Under the pieces are notes generated by a model. The model was not told the origin of the DNA. It worked only from the letters and a program-made list of their open reading frames with translations, and did not search any database. Positions 48,234-58,002 of a stretch of 64,000 bases of DNA are shown here, piece by piece. The position numbers were made by a program, and so were the translations under genes. The first letter of the stretch is position 1, and each line of letters begins with the position of its first letter. Origin of the DNA: Candidatus Micrarchaeia archaeon (lineage in GTDB: Archaea; Micrarchaeota; Micrarchaeia; CABMEP01); assembly GCA_038880755.1 (NCBI GenBank), contig JAVZRC010000004.1:6390-70389 (forward strand). Direction: 5' to 3'.

Positions 48234-48334
48234 AAAATCACAAACTAATATGTAAAATACAGTATTATAATATTGTTATTAAGGTTTATAAAGAATAAGC
48301 TTCTATGCTGTTGTATTTATTTAAAGAAAGTAAA

Positions 48335-49216
48335 TTAAAAAGATATATTTAATATACTCAGCAATCCTAAAACTATTAATATTGCAATAAGTGATGCACC
48401 CACTATATATGGGAGAGCCGGCATTATCTCTTTCCTTCTAGCTGCATTAACAAAAACTAGATAAAGCCCAAATGTTGCAGCAAGCATTGAAATAGTTGGA
48501 AAGATTAAGCCTCCAAGTTTATAAGATACCACTGTTATCATAGATGCAACAGCAGCATCACCAGTTCCGAGTTCTATATGCCAAGGCTGTTCCTTAGTTA
48601 TTATCTTTCCTTGCTCTCTGACCTTTATCTGTCTTGTTCCCTCAAATCCAATTGAGAAAGATGTCTTCTCTTTCATGAAGTATTGAGCAAACTTTACCAT
48701 GTGCTTTGTCCATCTTACAGCAAGTATATCATAGATTGCAAGTAAAATAACGAATATAAATAAAGGAATAGGGTCTATTGAGAATGCGATTACTGCGCCT
48801 ATGCCCGCTGCTGCAATTATTGCAAGAAGGTTTCTGAAAGAAACGAAGACCATCCTTAATACAAACAATAATAAAGAAAGTATAAGCGCTATAAAATCTG
48901 CATAACCTACATTAAATGCAGATAGGAAAATGAAAAAAACGACAAATGAAGCGAATATAGCTGAGATAAATTCAACTATGAGTATTAAGTATTTTTTGAA
49001 AGGCATTAATAATAGAATCACTATCAAAGCAGCGCCTATAAGAATTGATACTAAAAGATAGAATGAATTTGATATTGAATTAGATTCATCTGGGGCAATG
49101 TTCAATGCAGAAAGGGCTGGATTTGTTTTAGCCCCTTCAATAAGAAGAACGCCCACTCCTAACGAAATTAACTGTGTCAACAGAAACAAAATCAAAACAA
49201 TATCTAATGCCTTCAT
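48335..49216 (-). CDS. Presenilin/signal-peptide-peptidase-like intramembrane aspartyl protease (A22 family)
   Basis: Polytopic membrane protein with LAIYDILAV (YD), LGTGDAAV (GxGD) and MPALPYIV (PAL) motifs in the expected order. Confidence 0.7.
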   Translation of the reverse strand: MKALDIVLILFLLTQLISLGVGVLLIEGAKTNPALSALNIAPDESNSISNSFYLLVSILIGAALIVILLLMPFKKYLILIVEFISAIFASFVVFFIFLSAFNVGYADFIALILSLLLFVLRMVFVSFRNLLAIIAAAGIGAVIAFSIDPIPLFIFVILLAIYDILAVRWTKHMVKFAQYFMKEKTSFSIGFEGTRQIKVREQGKIITKEQPWHIELGTGDAAVASMITVVSYKLGGLIFPTISMLAATFGLYLVFVNAARRKEIMPALPYIVGASLIAILIVLGLLSILNISF

Positions 49217-49332
49217 TCTAACCACTTAAATAACGAACTGAAAATTGACCCTTGTTAAATCATATTCTTTATTTGAAATGATAAATTTAAAATAATATTC
49301 AAAATCAGAAACAAGATTAATTATTAGATTAG

Positions 49333-52300
49333 TTATTCATATGTGTGCACTATCTTAAAGTGACCTGGCTTAGGTTCAAATATCTCTCCTTTTTTAAGCA
49401 TTTCATCCAAAATCATTCTTATTGTCCTTTCTTCAAGCTTCAGGTTGTTAATTCCTTCTTCATATATTTTTTCTTTCGGTATTGGATCGAATTGCTTGCT
49501 TAATTCTCTCAGGGCACCGTATAAATCATAGTACTGTTGCTGCTTTGATTTAGGCTGGCCTGTTGCAATCATATCTATGTTAATTGCACCTGTGCTTCTA
49601 TCTAAAGCAATCTCTTTTAATACGTATTCCATCAAGCTAATTGCAAGTTCCGCATCTCTAAGCTCAACAACTTCAGACAACCTTGACTTTGCGCTTGCTT
49701 CGCTTAAACGAATTATACCTTCGATTTGACGTGGAGTAATTGGAACAGCACCCTGTCTTTTACCCATCTCTCTCAATTGAACATAAAATGACTCAATTCT
49801 ATTCTGAGCTTCTGGTGATAGTTTAGGCTTGATGTTTTTCCTTGCATAAGCAATATATTTCCTTAAGAAATCAGTATCTACTTTTTCTTCTTTAGACTCT
49901 GGGATTATGTTTTCTGCTGCATTCTTGTGTGTTTCCAAAAGGTATCTTGCTAATTTTCTGTCTGAACTCTCATCTATTACGTCTCTAATTGGAAATATCA
50001 GATCAAACCTGCTTTGAAGAGTTGGTGGAATATCGAATTGAATTGCAATAAGCTGGTTAGGATCAAACCTTCCGAATTTGGGATTTGCAGCTGCAAGAAT
50101 TGATGTTTTTGCCTTGAACTTAGCAACTATTCCTGCCTTGGCTACCGAAACAGTCCCCGACTCCATTACTTCATGGAGGGCTGCTCTTTCTGTATCGTCT
50201 ATTTTATCAAATTCATCAACAGCTGCAAGACCTCCCGATGCAAGAACTAATGCTCCTGCCTTGAGCGTCCAACCCTCACCAAGATCGTCTTTCTCTGCAG
50301 AAGCAGTATTGTGAACATATATTCCATTAGCAAGAAATGCATGGGCATTCTTTACAGTTAAATCATAAACCCACTCAGAATCAGAGGGTACAAATTTATG
50401 TTCCGCGATTTTGTCCCAATATATATCAGAGTTAGAAAGATCAATAAGTGCTTTCTTTTCAGGTATTTCTGGTAATCGAGATGCAATCTCAAAAAGTTTC
50501 CTTCTACTTGGCTGTTTTTTGTAGGTCAATCTCATTCCTTTCAGACAATATTTCTTCTTTATATCTTTAATAAATAAGGAGACTGGAACAACGTCGAGAT
50601 TTGGATTTGCTTTTTGTGAAGATTTATTTATTACAGAATTTAATTTCTCCTTTTTATCATTTCTAAAGAAACCTATTTCGTCTCTAAATTGCTTTAGATT
50701 CTCAATACCGCGGATTTCTAATTGATATTGCAATTTCTTAGTTTCCACAGTTCTATTGTTTATTCTGGTCTTCTGCCCTATTTTATTTCTTATTCTTACT
50801 TTTGCAACAATTCCCCACCATTCGAGAACTAAAATCATTTTTTGTGCCAATTCCTTACTTGTTGTTGTGAATCCTATGGATGGAGAGCCTACTTTTGAAT
50901 CGCTTACATAACCATCTGTATCGAATAATCCCCTAATAAATGATTTAACACATTCCTCTCCACTTGAGACTAATAATGGCGGTATATCGATCTTGTGTGA
51001 CTTTTCACCGCTGGGAACCCCCAATTTTTCTAATAATTCGGCAATCACTACTGAAGATACGCAGATTGATGGGATCCTATCACTTGATTCAGACAAGTGA
51101 GTATTTAACCCAAAGTTTTCTTTAATTATTCTAGATGCCTCCATCAACAATTTATGATCGGTGCTGTGGAAACGTACCTGGGCAGAATTTTTATCGTTTT
51201 TTTCGAAATAGATATTCCCATCTCCTGCAATTAAGCCTGCAAGATAAGCAATATCTGGATTAATAAATTTCGGGAGCTTAAGATTCTGGCCGTATCTAAC
51301 AAAGACTTCATCGATCTCATTACAAATCTCTACATCGCTCATCCCGGCGTCATGTGCCATTTTTTTCAGCAAATTTAATGGAATCCCTTGATAATGATTC
51401 TCAGACCTCCACATATATAACCTATCTCTTGAGATTCCATATCTCTGTGCAATTTCTGTAAGATCTTTATTTTTCTCTGCTAGCTTATCAGTTATTTTCT
51501 TTACAATTTTTGATATATTCGTGGGAATTCGAATATTTTCATTTGATAAAAGAGATATGCACGGAATTAATTTGCCTTTAAGTGGCTGCGTCCTCCTTGA
51601 AGTAGCTATGTATTCTTTTCCATTAAGATCCCCTGCCTTTTTCCACTTTAAGTATCCTTCATCGATAACAAGTATGGGGGTGTTTGGAGTAAGCTTTAGT
51701 TCCTTTCCGCGATGTGTACGAAAATAAATAAGTCTCTTTGGAGCTTGAATCTTCCAGAACTTTTCAACCACACCAAAATCTGCTTTAAAATTACTATTTA
51801 ATGTAAGAACTCTGGTATTTGCAGGAGAGGAAACCACACCTTCTGCTTCTTGCATTTCTTCATGCCAATTATTTTCTATATAATTGCCGATCTTATGCAT
51901 CCCAGCATCATTCAATGTAATAAGCGAATCTTTATCAACACAGAGACCAACCCCAGATACCGACTTACCACTTACATAAATACTCTTTGGTGCCAATGAA
52001 GTCACATATTGAAGCATCCTTGTCTTTGCAGCACCAGGATCACCTATTAGCAATATATGGATATCACTCCTTATTCTTCCACCTTCTGGAAGAATTTTAT
52101 CTGGATTTCCTCCAAATAATTGAAGTGCAACTGCCTGCTTCATCTCTCTATGACCATAAATTGAAGGAGCTATCGAATTAGTTATTATATCAAATACATT
52201 AGGCTGTCTTGCAAATTCTTGTATCTTTTTTATATCTTCTTTTGTCAATTCAACCTCTTCAAATTCTCTTTGAGTATTTCTTATTGAAACTACATCAATA

Positions 52301-53010
52301 TACTTTGAATAAATGGGATCCTTTGACTTACCTACTTGTCTTAATCTTACAATTCCTACAACTTCTATTGTATCTCCAGGTATAATTGTATTGCATAAAT
52401 CATCATCTAAAAAAAGCTCGATATGACTTGCTGGAGAACCGCTCCTTACCCTTTCAAGAAGCTCTTGTATTTCAGCACGCTGTATATTCATGAATTTTGA
52501 AGCCTTTTCGTCAAGCTCAAGAGTTCTTTTTCTACAATTACTGCACACATCTGGAATATACACTCCTTTCTCCATTACAACTTTTTCAGTATTTCCACAA
52601 TTTGTACAGTTATAAATTGCAACATTCACTTTTGGTCTTATTTCTGCACGTTTTGTTACTACACCTGTAACACTTACCAATTTATGAATGTGTTCCGAAC
52701 CGATATCCTGGATTAGCACCGTTTTTTCAGCTGTCTCTACTTCTTCTACTCTAACATGAGGTTCAAAGTTTTTCTTTTCTTCCCCTGCCATTGAAATAAG
52801 AGCCAATTCTGCTGCTTTCAAATATGCATCTGGATTGTCAATTAATTTCTCTGCAAATTCATGGTCATATTTGTGCAATTCTTTATATGAAAAATAAAAG
52901 CTTCTTTTTTCCGGATAAAGATTCTTCAAGATCTGAAACTCTTTACTATATTTGTCTGTAAAAAATTCTTCGAATTTTTGAGTTATTGGAGAAAGATCTG
53001 GTTGAATCAT
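49333..53010 (-). CDS. mcm: MCM replicative helicase, interrupted by an intein
   Basis: Zinc finger CTNCGN...CSNCRK, Walker A LLIGDPGAAKT, Walker B AAVDEFDKI, SRFDLIF arginine finger. Extein length is 680 aa. Confidence 0.95.
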   Translation of the reverse strand: MIQPDLSPITQKFEEFFTDKYSKEFQILKNLYPEKRSFYFSYKELHKYDHEFAEKLIDNPDAYLKAAELALISMAGEEKKNFEPHVRVEEVETAEKTVLIQDIGSEHIHKLVSVTGVVTKRAEIRPKVNVAIYNCTNCGNTEKVVMEKGVYIPDVCSNCRKRTLELDEKASKFMNIQRAEIQELLERVRSGSPASHIELFLDDDLCNTIIPGDTIEVVGIVRLRQVGKSKDPIYSKYIDVVSIRNTQREFEEVELTKEDIKKIQEFARQPNVFDIITNSIAPSIYGHREMKQAVALQLFGGNPDKILPEGGRIRSDIHILLIGDPGAAKTRMLQYVTSLAPKSIYVSGKSVSGVGLCVDKDSLITLNDAGMHKIGNYIENNWHEEMQEAEGVVSSPANTRVLTLNSNFKADFGVVEKFWKIQAPKRLIYFRTHRGKELKLTPNTPILVIDEGYLKWKKAGDLNGKEYIATSRRTQPLKGKLIPCISLLSNENIRIPTNISKIVKKITDKLAEKNKDLTEIAQRYGISRDRLYMWRSENHYQGIPLNLLKKMAHDAGMSDVEICNEIDEVFVRYGQNLKLPKFINPDIAYLAGLIAGDGNIYFEKNDKNSAQVRFHSTDHKLLMEASRIIKENFGLNTHLSESSDRIPSICVSSVVIAELLEKLGVPSGEKSHKIDIPPLLVSSGEECVKSFIRGLFDTDGYVSDSKVGSPSIGFTTTSKELAQKMILVLEWWGIVAKVRIRNKIGQKTRINNRTVETKKLQYQLEIRGIENLKQFRDEIGFFRNDKKEKLNSVINKSSQKANPNLDVVPVSLFIKDIKKKYCLKGMRLTYKKQPSRRKLFEIASRLPEIPEKKALIDLSNSDIYWDKIAEHKFVPSDSEWVYDLTVKNAHAFLANGIYVHNTASAEKDDLGEGWTLKAGALVLASGGLAAVDEFDKIDDTERAALHEVMESGTVSVAKAGIVAKFKAKTSILAAANPKFGRFDPNQLIAIQFDIPPTLQSRFDLIFPIRDVIDESSDRKLARYLLETHKNAAENIIPESKEEKVDTDFLRKYIAYARKNIKPKLSPEAQNRIESFYVQLREMGKRQGAVPITPRQIEGIIRLSEASAKSRLSEVVELRDAELAISLMEYVLKEIALDRSTGAINIDMIATGQPKSKQQQYYDLYGALRELSKQFDPIPKEKIYEEGINNLKLEERTIRMILDEMLKKGEIFEPKPGHFKIVHTYE
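50308..51942 (-). mobile_element. Intein (545 aa) with LAGLIDADG homing endonuclease in MCM
   Basis: The insert splits SGVGL|CVDKDSLITL...NGIYVHN|TASAEKDD. LAGLIDADG blocks are YLAGLIAGDGNIY and FIRGLFDTDGYVS. It is in frame: aa 357-901. Confidence 0.9.
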
Positions 53011-53256
53011 TTTATCACATTAAACATCAAAGATTAGAAAATAATGACTTTAAACATTTTAATATTTCAACAGCGATATCTTAATAAATTTAATTCGACC
53101 CCTCACTACCAATAATCTTTATTCGAATAAATTAATAACTTATTTGAACAAATAAATTAAAAAGTTAAATTATAAAATATATCAACTAATAGATATATTG
53201 TGCAATTTATATATTTTTTACAACCACATTTCTGGTGATTGTTAACAGGGGATAGA

Positions 53257-54726
53257 ATGAAATTCTATGTTACAACTCCAATATATTATATTAATGACCT
53301 ACCACACATAGGAAGCGCATATACTACGATAATCGCAGACATTCTTGCAATATGGCACAGAATGAAAGGAGACGATACTTTCTTCTTAACTGGGTTGGAT
53401 GAAAATTCAGTAAAGACGGTTCAAGCTGCAGAGGCAAAGGGATACAGCGATATACAAAAATACACAGATGAAATGGCTGAAAAATGGAAAAACGCATGGC
53501 AGAAGCTAAATCTTACTTATGATGATTTCATAAGAACTACGGAAGAAAGGCATAAGAAAAATGTTATCAAGTTCTTTACCAAAATCTATGAGAATGGAGA
53601 TATATATAAAGGAGTGTATGAAGGACTATACTGTGATGGGTGTGAGGAGTTTAAACTCGAAAAGGATGCACCAGATGGAATATGTCCAATTCACAAAAAG
53701 CAATTGAAGAGGATAAAAGAGGAGAATTACTATTTTAAATTATCTAAATACAGAGACAGGATATTAGAATATATAGAAAAAAATCCTGATTTCATAAAGC
53801 CAGAAAAAAGAAGAAATGAAATAATCAGCTTCCTTAAACAGGGTTTAATCGATACATCTATCTCAAGACCAGGTTTAAAATGGGGGATAGATCTTCCGAT
53901 AGACAAAGATCACAAGTTTTGGGTATGGTTTGATGCATTGATTAATTATCTATTACCTGAAAAATACTGGCCACCAGAGGTCCAACTTCTTGGAAAGGAT
54001 ATCGCAAGATTCCATTGTATAACTTGGATAGGTATGCTAATGTCTGCAGGGTATCCTTTGCCAAAAACAATGTATGTGCATGGATTCTTTACAGTAAATG
54101 GTCAAAAGATGTCTAAATCGTTGGGTAATGCAATAGATCCAGTTACTCTCTCTGAAAAATATACAATTGATGGAATTAGATATTACATGTTAAGAGACAT
54201 TTCTCTTGGTGAAGATGGAGATTTCTCAGAAGTTGCACTTAAAGAGAGAATAAATAACGAGATAGTTGCAAATTATAGCAATCTTTTCTATAGAATAACT
54301 TCATTCATACAGAAAAACTATAATGGAAGGCTTCCTTCAGCAACCTATAGTGAAAAAGAAAATGAAATTCTTAATCAGATTTCATCTCTTGTAAGACGAT
54401 ATGAAAGCGAAATGCAAGAGTATGAGCTTACAAAAGCGCTTTCAACTGCGGTCGAAGTTTCAACGATTGCAAATAAATACATCCAAGAAAATGAACCATG
54501 GAAGATAATCAAGGAAAATAAAGAGAAGGCGGGATCCATTCTTAATTTTGGAGCTCAGCTACTTAGAACATCTGTACTTTTATATTATCCATTCATGCCA
54601 AATTCTGGAAAAGCCGCATGCGAAGCGTTGGGTATAAAACCAGAATGGAAAGATGTTGAAAAACCAGTTCTAAAGGAAGGACATGAACTAAAGGCAGTGA
54701 TGCTATTTAAGAAAATAGAAATATAA
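53257..54726 (+). CDS. metG: Methionyl-tRNA synthetase (short form, no C-terminal tRNA-binding domain)
   Basis: TTPIYYINDLPHIGSAYT, zinc knuckle CDGCEEF...[12 protein letters not shown]. Confidence 0.95.
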   Translation: MKFYVTTPIYYINDLPHIGSAYTTIIADILAIWHRMKGDDTFFLTGLDENSVKTVQAAEAKGYSDIQKYTDEMAEKWKNAWQKLNLTYDDFIRTTEERHKKNVIKFFTKIYENGDIYKGVYEGLYCDGCEEFKLEKDAPDGICPIHKKQLKRIKEENYYFKLSKYRDRILEYIEKNPDFIKPEKRRNEIISFLKQGLIDTSISRPGLKWGIDLPIDKDHKFWVWFDALINYLLPEKYWPPEVQLLGKDIARFHCITWIGMLMSAGYPLPKTMYVHGFFTVNGQKMSKSLGNAIDPVTLSEKYTIDGIRYYMLRDISLGEDGDFSEVALKERINNEIVANYSNLFYRITSFIQKNYNGRLPSATYSEKENEILNQISSLVRRYESEMQEYELTKALSTAVEVSTIANKYIQENEPWKIIKENKEKAGSILNFGAQLLRTSVLLYYPFMPNSGKAACEALGIKPEWKDVEKPVLKEGHELKAVMLFKKIEI

Positions 54727-54746
54727 CAGAGTGAAAACAGAGTGAA

Positions 54747-55181
54747 TTAATCTTCTAATTTTATTTTATCTTGAACTGAATCTATTTTAAAGGGATCATA
54801 ACTAGAAGCGTATGCATAAGTAATTAAAAGTGTATCTTCAAAATCTATAATTTCGGCATTGTAGCACAATTCATCTGTTTTAGATATCTTTCTTATAAAT
54901 TTAATTTCTATTTTCTTATCTTTTTTTGCAACGAAGAAAAAATTATCGTTTGTATGAAGGTGTTTAATTCGAATAACTGCAATATTCTCAATTCCCTTAG
55001 GTATAATGAAAGAAAAATCAATTGGCTCATCAGAATTTAAACAAAAATTAACTATCCCTAAATAAAGTATCTTACTAAAGTTTGCCTTTCTAAAATTATC
55101 GATATTCTCAGAAATTGGACTTTTGAATTTGATCTCCTTTTCCAAATCAACCGATTCTTTGGTTTTTTCTTTGAAAGCCAT
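54747..55181 (-). CDS. Hypothetical protein
   Basis: ORF only. No family recognised. ATG at 55181 preferred over the TTG at 55196. Confidence 0.45.
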   Translation of the reverse strand: MAFKEKTKESVDLEKEIKFKSPISENIDNFRKANFSKILYLGIVNFCLNSDEPIDFSFIIPKGIENIAVIRIKHLHTNDNFFFVAKKDKKIEIKFIRKISKTDELCYNAEIIDFEDTLLITYAYASSYDPFKIDSVQDKIKLED

Positions 55182-55297
55182 ATATAAAAATAACAAAAAA
55201 TGATATATAAAAATTTCTAAACAGTCGTTCAGTTAAAATAGAAACATTTAATAAAATAATCTGGCAATAATATTTACTAACTCTTTTATGTTTTTAT

Positions 55298-55372
55298 GGG
55301 CCCGTAGCTCAGCTTGGCCAGAGCGTCCGGCTTTTAACCGGCAGGTCAGGGGTTCAAATCCCCTCGGGCCCG
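55298..55372 (+). tRNA. tRNA-Lys(UUU)
   Basis: GGGCCCG/CGGGCCC acceptor, GCUC..GAGC D arm, anticodon loop CUUUUAA, AGGGG-UUCAAAU-CCCCU T arm. Confidence 0.9.
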
Positions 55373-55400
55373 CTAAAAACATTGCAAAGGGGGAGAAAAT

Positions 55401-55592
55401 ATGAAAATGGCACAAATTAGGGACCTTGGAAGAGGATTACTTATTCTGATAGGGGCGTTTTTGGCTTATAGTGGTAATGTAACCATAGGTATTGCACTCG
55501 CTGCTTTTGTAGCTTTGATGATGATACAGGGTGCATTTACTGGATTCTGTATCTTAGATATAATCTCCAAAGCACTCGGTACAAAAGATTAA
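55401..55592 (+). CDS. Small membrane protein, DUF2892/YgaP-like
   Basis: 63 aa with two TM segments. GRGLLILIGAFLAY...GAFTGFCILD pattern. GGGGGAG SD. Confidence 0.55.
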   Translation: MKMAQIRDLGRGLLILIGAFLAYSGNVTIGIALAAFVALMMIQGAFTGFCILDIISKALGTKD

Positions 55593-55681
55593 TAATTTCT
55601 TTTTAATTTGTTCTATTTATCTTTGCTTACAAATTTTAGATTAAAAGTTAGATTTATATACTCTGATTTAGTAAATACTTT

Positions 55682-55974
55682 GGAGTGGTGGACTGCAGCT
55701 AACGGAAATAACAGTTGTCGATCTCAAATAGCAGATATGCTAAGAGTTCGAAAAACTTTGTTATTTCTGAGGAAGTTCGATCCATCGAGTGAAAAATGCT
55801 TTAAGGGCATGATGTGGGACTAGAAACGAATCAACTGTAAAGGATGAGAATGACGAAAGGAGACGATACAGTTGAATGAAACGACTCACATCACACGATG
55901 AGATGCAAGGCCTTTGAGCCGCTTAGTCGAATGCTGCATGTACAAAAGATCGACTATAGTCCGCCGCTCCACCA
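55682..55974 (+). ncRNA. rnpB: RNase P RNA candidate
   Basis: A 13-bp P1 pairs the 5' end GGAGUGGUGGACU with the 3' end AGUCCGCCGCUCC. A 9-bp P3-like helix GAAAUAACA/UGUUAUUUC lies directly before GAGGAAGUUCGAUC (compare CR-I GAGGAAAGUCC). The 3' strand ACAAAAGAUCGACUAU pairs with UCGAUC, leaving a bulged U as in P4. An oligo-T tract follows. Confidence 0.7.
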
Positions 55975-55985
55975 TTTTTAGATTT

Positions 55986-57029
55986 TTATCTATTTCTTCT
56001 CTTTATAAGTTCTTCATAATCAGAGTCTAAGTAATTATCACTTGATCTGAACCTCTTCTTACCGTTATTTTTTCTGGCATATATAATAGAAAGAATTAAT
56101 ATAACTAGTAATAAGTCAACTAAAATCAAAATTAATTGATCTAATAATGAAAATATAGACGCTAAAAGAACCAATGTTGCAGCGATTATTATTCCGTATT
56201 TTGATCCCTTTCTTAGATTTAGAATCAGAGCAGATACAATTATTACGATTGATAAGAATATTGGGATATAAACTTCTGAATTTGGAGCTAAGAAACTAAA
56301 GAGAGACATCAAAAGTGAATTAATTTTAGCAGGTATCAAAGAAAATAAGCCGAGTAGATTGCCTGTCTTTAAATTAATATCTGTAATTCCAGTTCTTGCT
56401 TCTTCTATATGGAAAGTGTTGATGGCTTCCTCTATTTTGTTAATTTTATTTTCTAGACTTGGATCTGAAATGTTTGCATTCTTTTTAATTTCATCCAATT
56501 CTTTTTTAAGAGATAGAGATTCCTGATATATCGGAATAAAATCCTCAAATGGAGTTAAACTTGCAGTAAAAAGGATAGTTGAATTTATTTCATTTGATTT
56601 TGAACTGTTTAAATAAACATAGGTGTTTATTGACGTTGCCAAGCTTGAATTAAAACTACATAACGATCCACTTAATGATTTTTTATCTAAATAACAAACA
56701 AGTATAATATAGCTAGTATTAATTTTTTTATTGCCATCTTTAAAATAGACAAATTCATTTCCACTTTCAACTGTGGCTTTAATAAATATAGTAATATTTT
56801 CAGCATTTATATTTTTTAGAGAAGTAGCGGGAATATTCCAACTAACTGTTATTGGAATGATATATTCGTAATTAGGAATTACTCTACTTAAATTTGTAGC
56901 TGTATTTATATTAATAATTGTGTCTACTGTTTTGATATTTACAAAGAGTTGTTCATTTGCTATTTCCGAAGAAGAAATTAATGGAAGAAAAATTATACAA
57001 AATGCAAGCAATATAATAAACCTTTTCAT
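55986..57029 (-). CDS. Hypothetical secreted/membrane-anchored protein
   Basis: N-terminal signal-like segment MKRFIILLAFCIIFLPLISS, an Asn/Ser/Thr-rich ectodomain, and C-terminal TM segments. Confidence 0.5.
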   Translation of the reverse strand: MKRFIILLAFCIIFLPLISSSEIANEQLFVNIKTVDTIININTATNLSRVIPNYEYIIPITVSWNIPATSLKNINAENITIFIKATVESGNEFVYFKDGNKKINTSYIILVCYLDKKSLSGSLCSFNSSLATSINTYVYLNSSKSNEINSTILFTASLTPFEDFIPIYQESLSLKKELDEIKKNANISDPSLENKINKIEEAINTFHIEEARTGITDINLKTGNLLGLFSLIPAKINSLLMSLFSFLAPNSEVYIPIFLSIVIIVSALILNLRKGSKYGIIIAATLVLLASIFSLLDQLILILVDLLLVILILSIIYARKNNGKKRFRSSDNYLDSDYEELIKRRNR

Positions 57030-57068
57030 TAAATCACTCTGTCAATAACAATGATGACCATATATAAG

Positions 57069-57755
57069 TCAAATTGTTATTGTCTCTAATTTCTTTTTTA
57101 AGACTATTTTATCGTCAGTCACTTGAAGCAACCCATCACAAGGAATTTGAAATGCTGATTCTAATTCCTTAGGATATTCATCTTTATAAAAAACTGATAT
57201 AATGGCTGTGTCTGTTTCTTCTGCAATAGTTGATAAGAAACGCATAAATTTTAACACATTTTTTTCGCTATTGAATGCAAGAAGTCCATTTAAAGAATCA
57301 ATCACTGCAATTTCAATTGCTGGATCGGAAAATATATCTTGAAGCGCCATTGAGATCTCAACTAGATTATCTGGATTTTCTATAAAATTGACAGTAAAAT
57401 TTTTATTATTCTTTGAATCTGCTATTGACTTACTAACTGCATCAATAAAGATTATTCTTTCGCTATGATCTTGGATATCAAATCCATTATCTTTGAATTC
57501 CTTAATAACTTTGTTAACTGGCTTGTCGATTGAAAACCATACTGCCTTTTTATTTGGATTTGAAGTTAGAAAATCATAGACTATTTTATATGAAAGAACG
57601 ATGTCTGTAGTAAAGGGAGATATAGGAAAAAGAATCAATTGTTTCTTTATATTTGAAATTAGAGAACGTTTCATCTCTTTTGGATTAATGTCTAAAAAAG
57701 AAGCTGTTTCCTCTTGAATATCTAGTTTCTCATCTTTTTTGTTATTTGGCAACAT
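57069..57755 (-). CDS. Hypothetical protein, possibly an inactivated KaiC/RecA-like fold
   Basis: Strand/helix pattern with AVWFSID...IIFIDAVS...IAVIDSLNGLLAF resembles KaiC-like ATPases, but no Walker A GxxxxGK[ST] is visible. Confidence 0.35.
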   Translation of the reverse strand: MLPNNKKDEKLDIQEETASFLDINPKEMKRSLISNIKKQLILFPISPFTTDIVLSYKIVYDFLTSNPNKKAVWFSIDKPVNKVIKEFKDNGFDIQDHSERIIFIDAVSKSIADSKNNKNFTVNFIENPDNLVEISMALQDIFSDPAIEIAVIDSLNGLLAFNSEKNVLKFMRFLSTIAEETDTAIISVFYKDEYPKELESAFQIPCDGLLQVTDDKIVLKKKLETITI

Positions 57756-58002
57756 ACCACCTATATTCTATTAATTAATGTCAGATTAAATTTAAAAATT
57801 TAATAATTACAATCACGCTAAAAATAGAAGATACATAGATATATAAATATTATCTGATATTATATTATAAAGTATGTGGGATTAAAAATACTAATTCTCA
57901 CAAGAAAACAAACAGTACGTCTAATATGATTTGCTGATTTTGCTTTGCTTGATTGAGAAAAAGAATACGTCCCACTAAAGACAGAATCTGGAGTGTGAAA
58001 TA

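Noticed and set aside
53011-53238. AT-rich 228-bp divergent spacer between mcm and metG, considered as a replication origin.
   Set aside because: Only imperfect low-complexity AT repeats are present. There is no ORB-like repeated box and no adjacent orc1/cdc6 gene, so I cannot support an origin call by eye.
55298-55372. Alternative reading of the tRNA anticodon loop as UUA (an ochre suppressor).
   Set aside because: Standard numbering gives loop CUUUUAA with U33 and A37, which places UUU at positions 34-36 (Lys). The UUA reading needs a shifted stem without complementarity.
55608-55823. 71-aa ORF.
   Set aside because: It lies within the RNase P RNA candidate. It has no SD and a composition typical of structured RNA.
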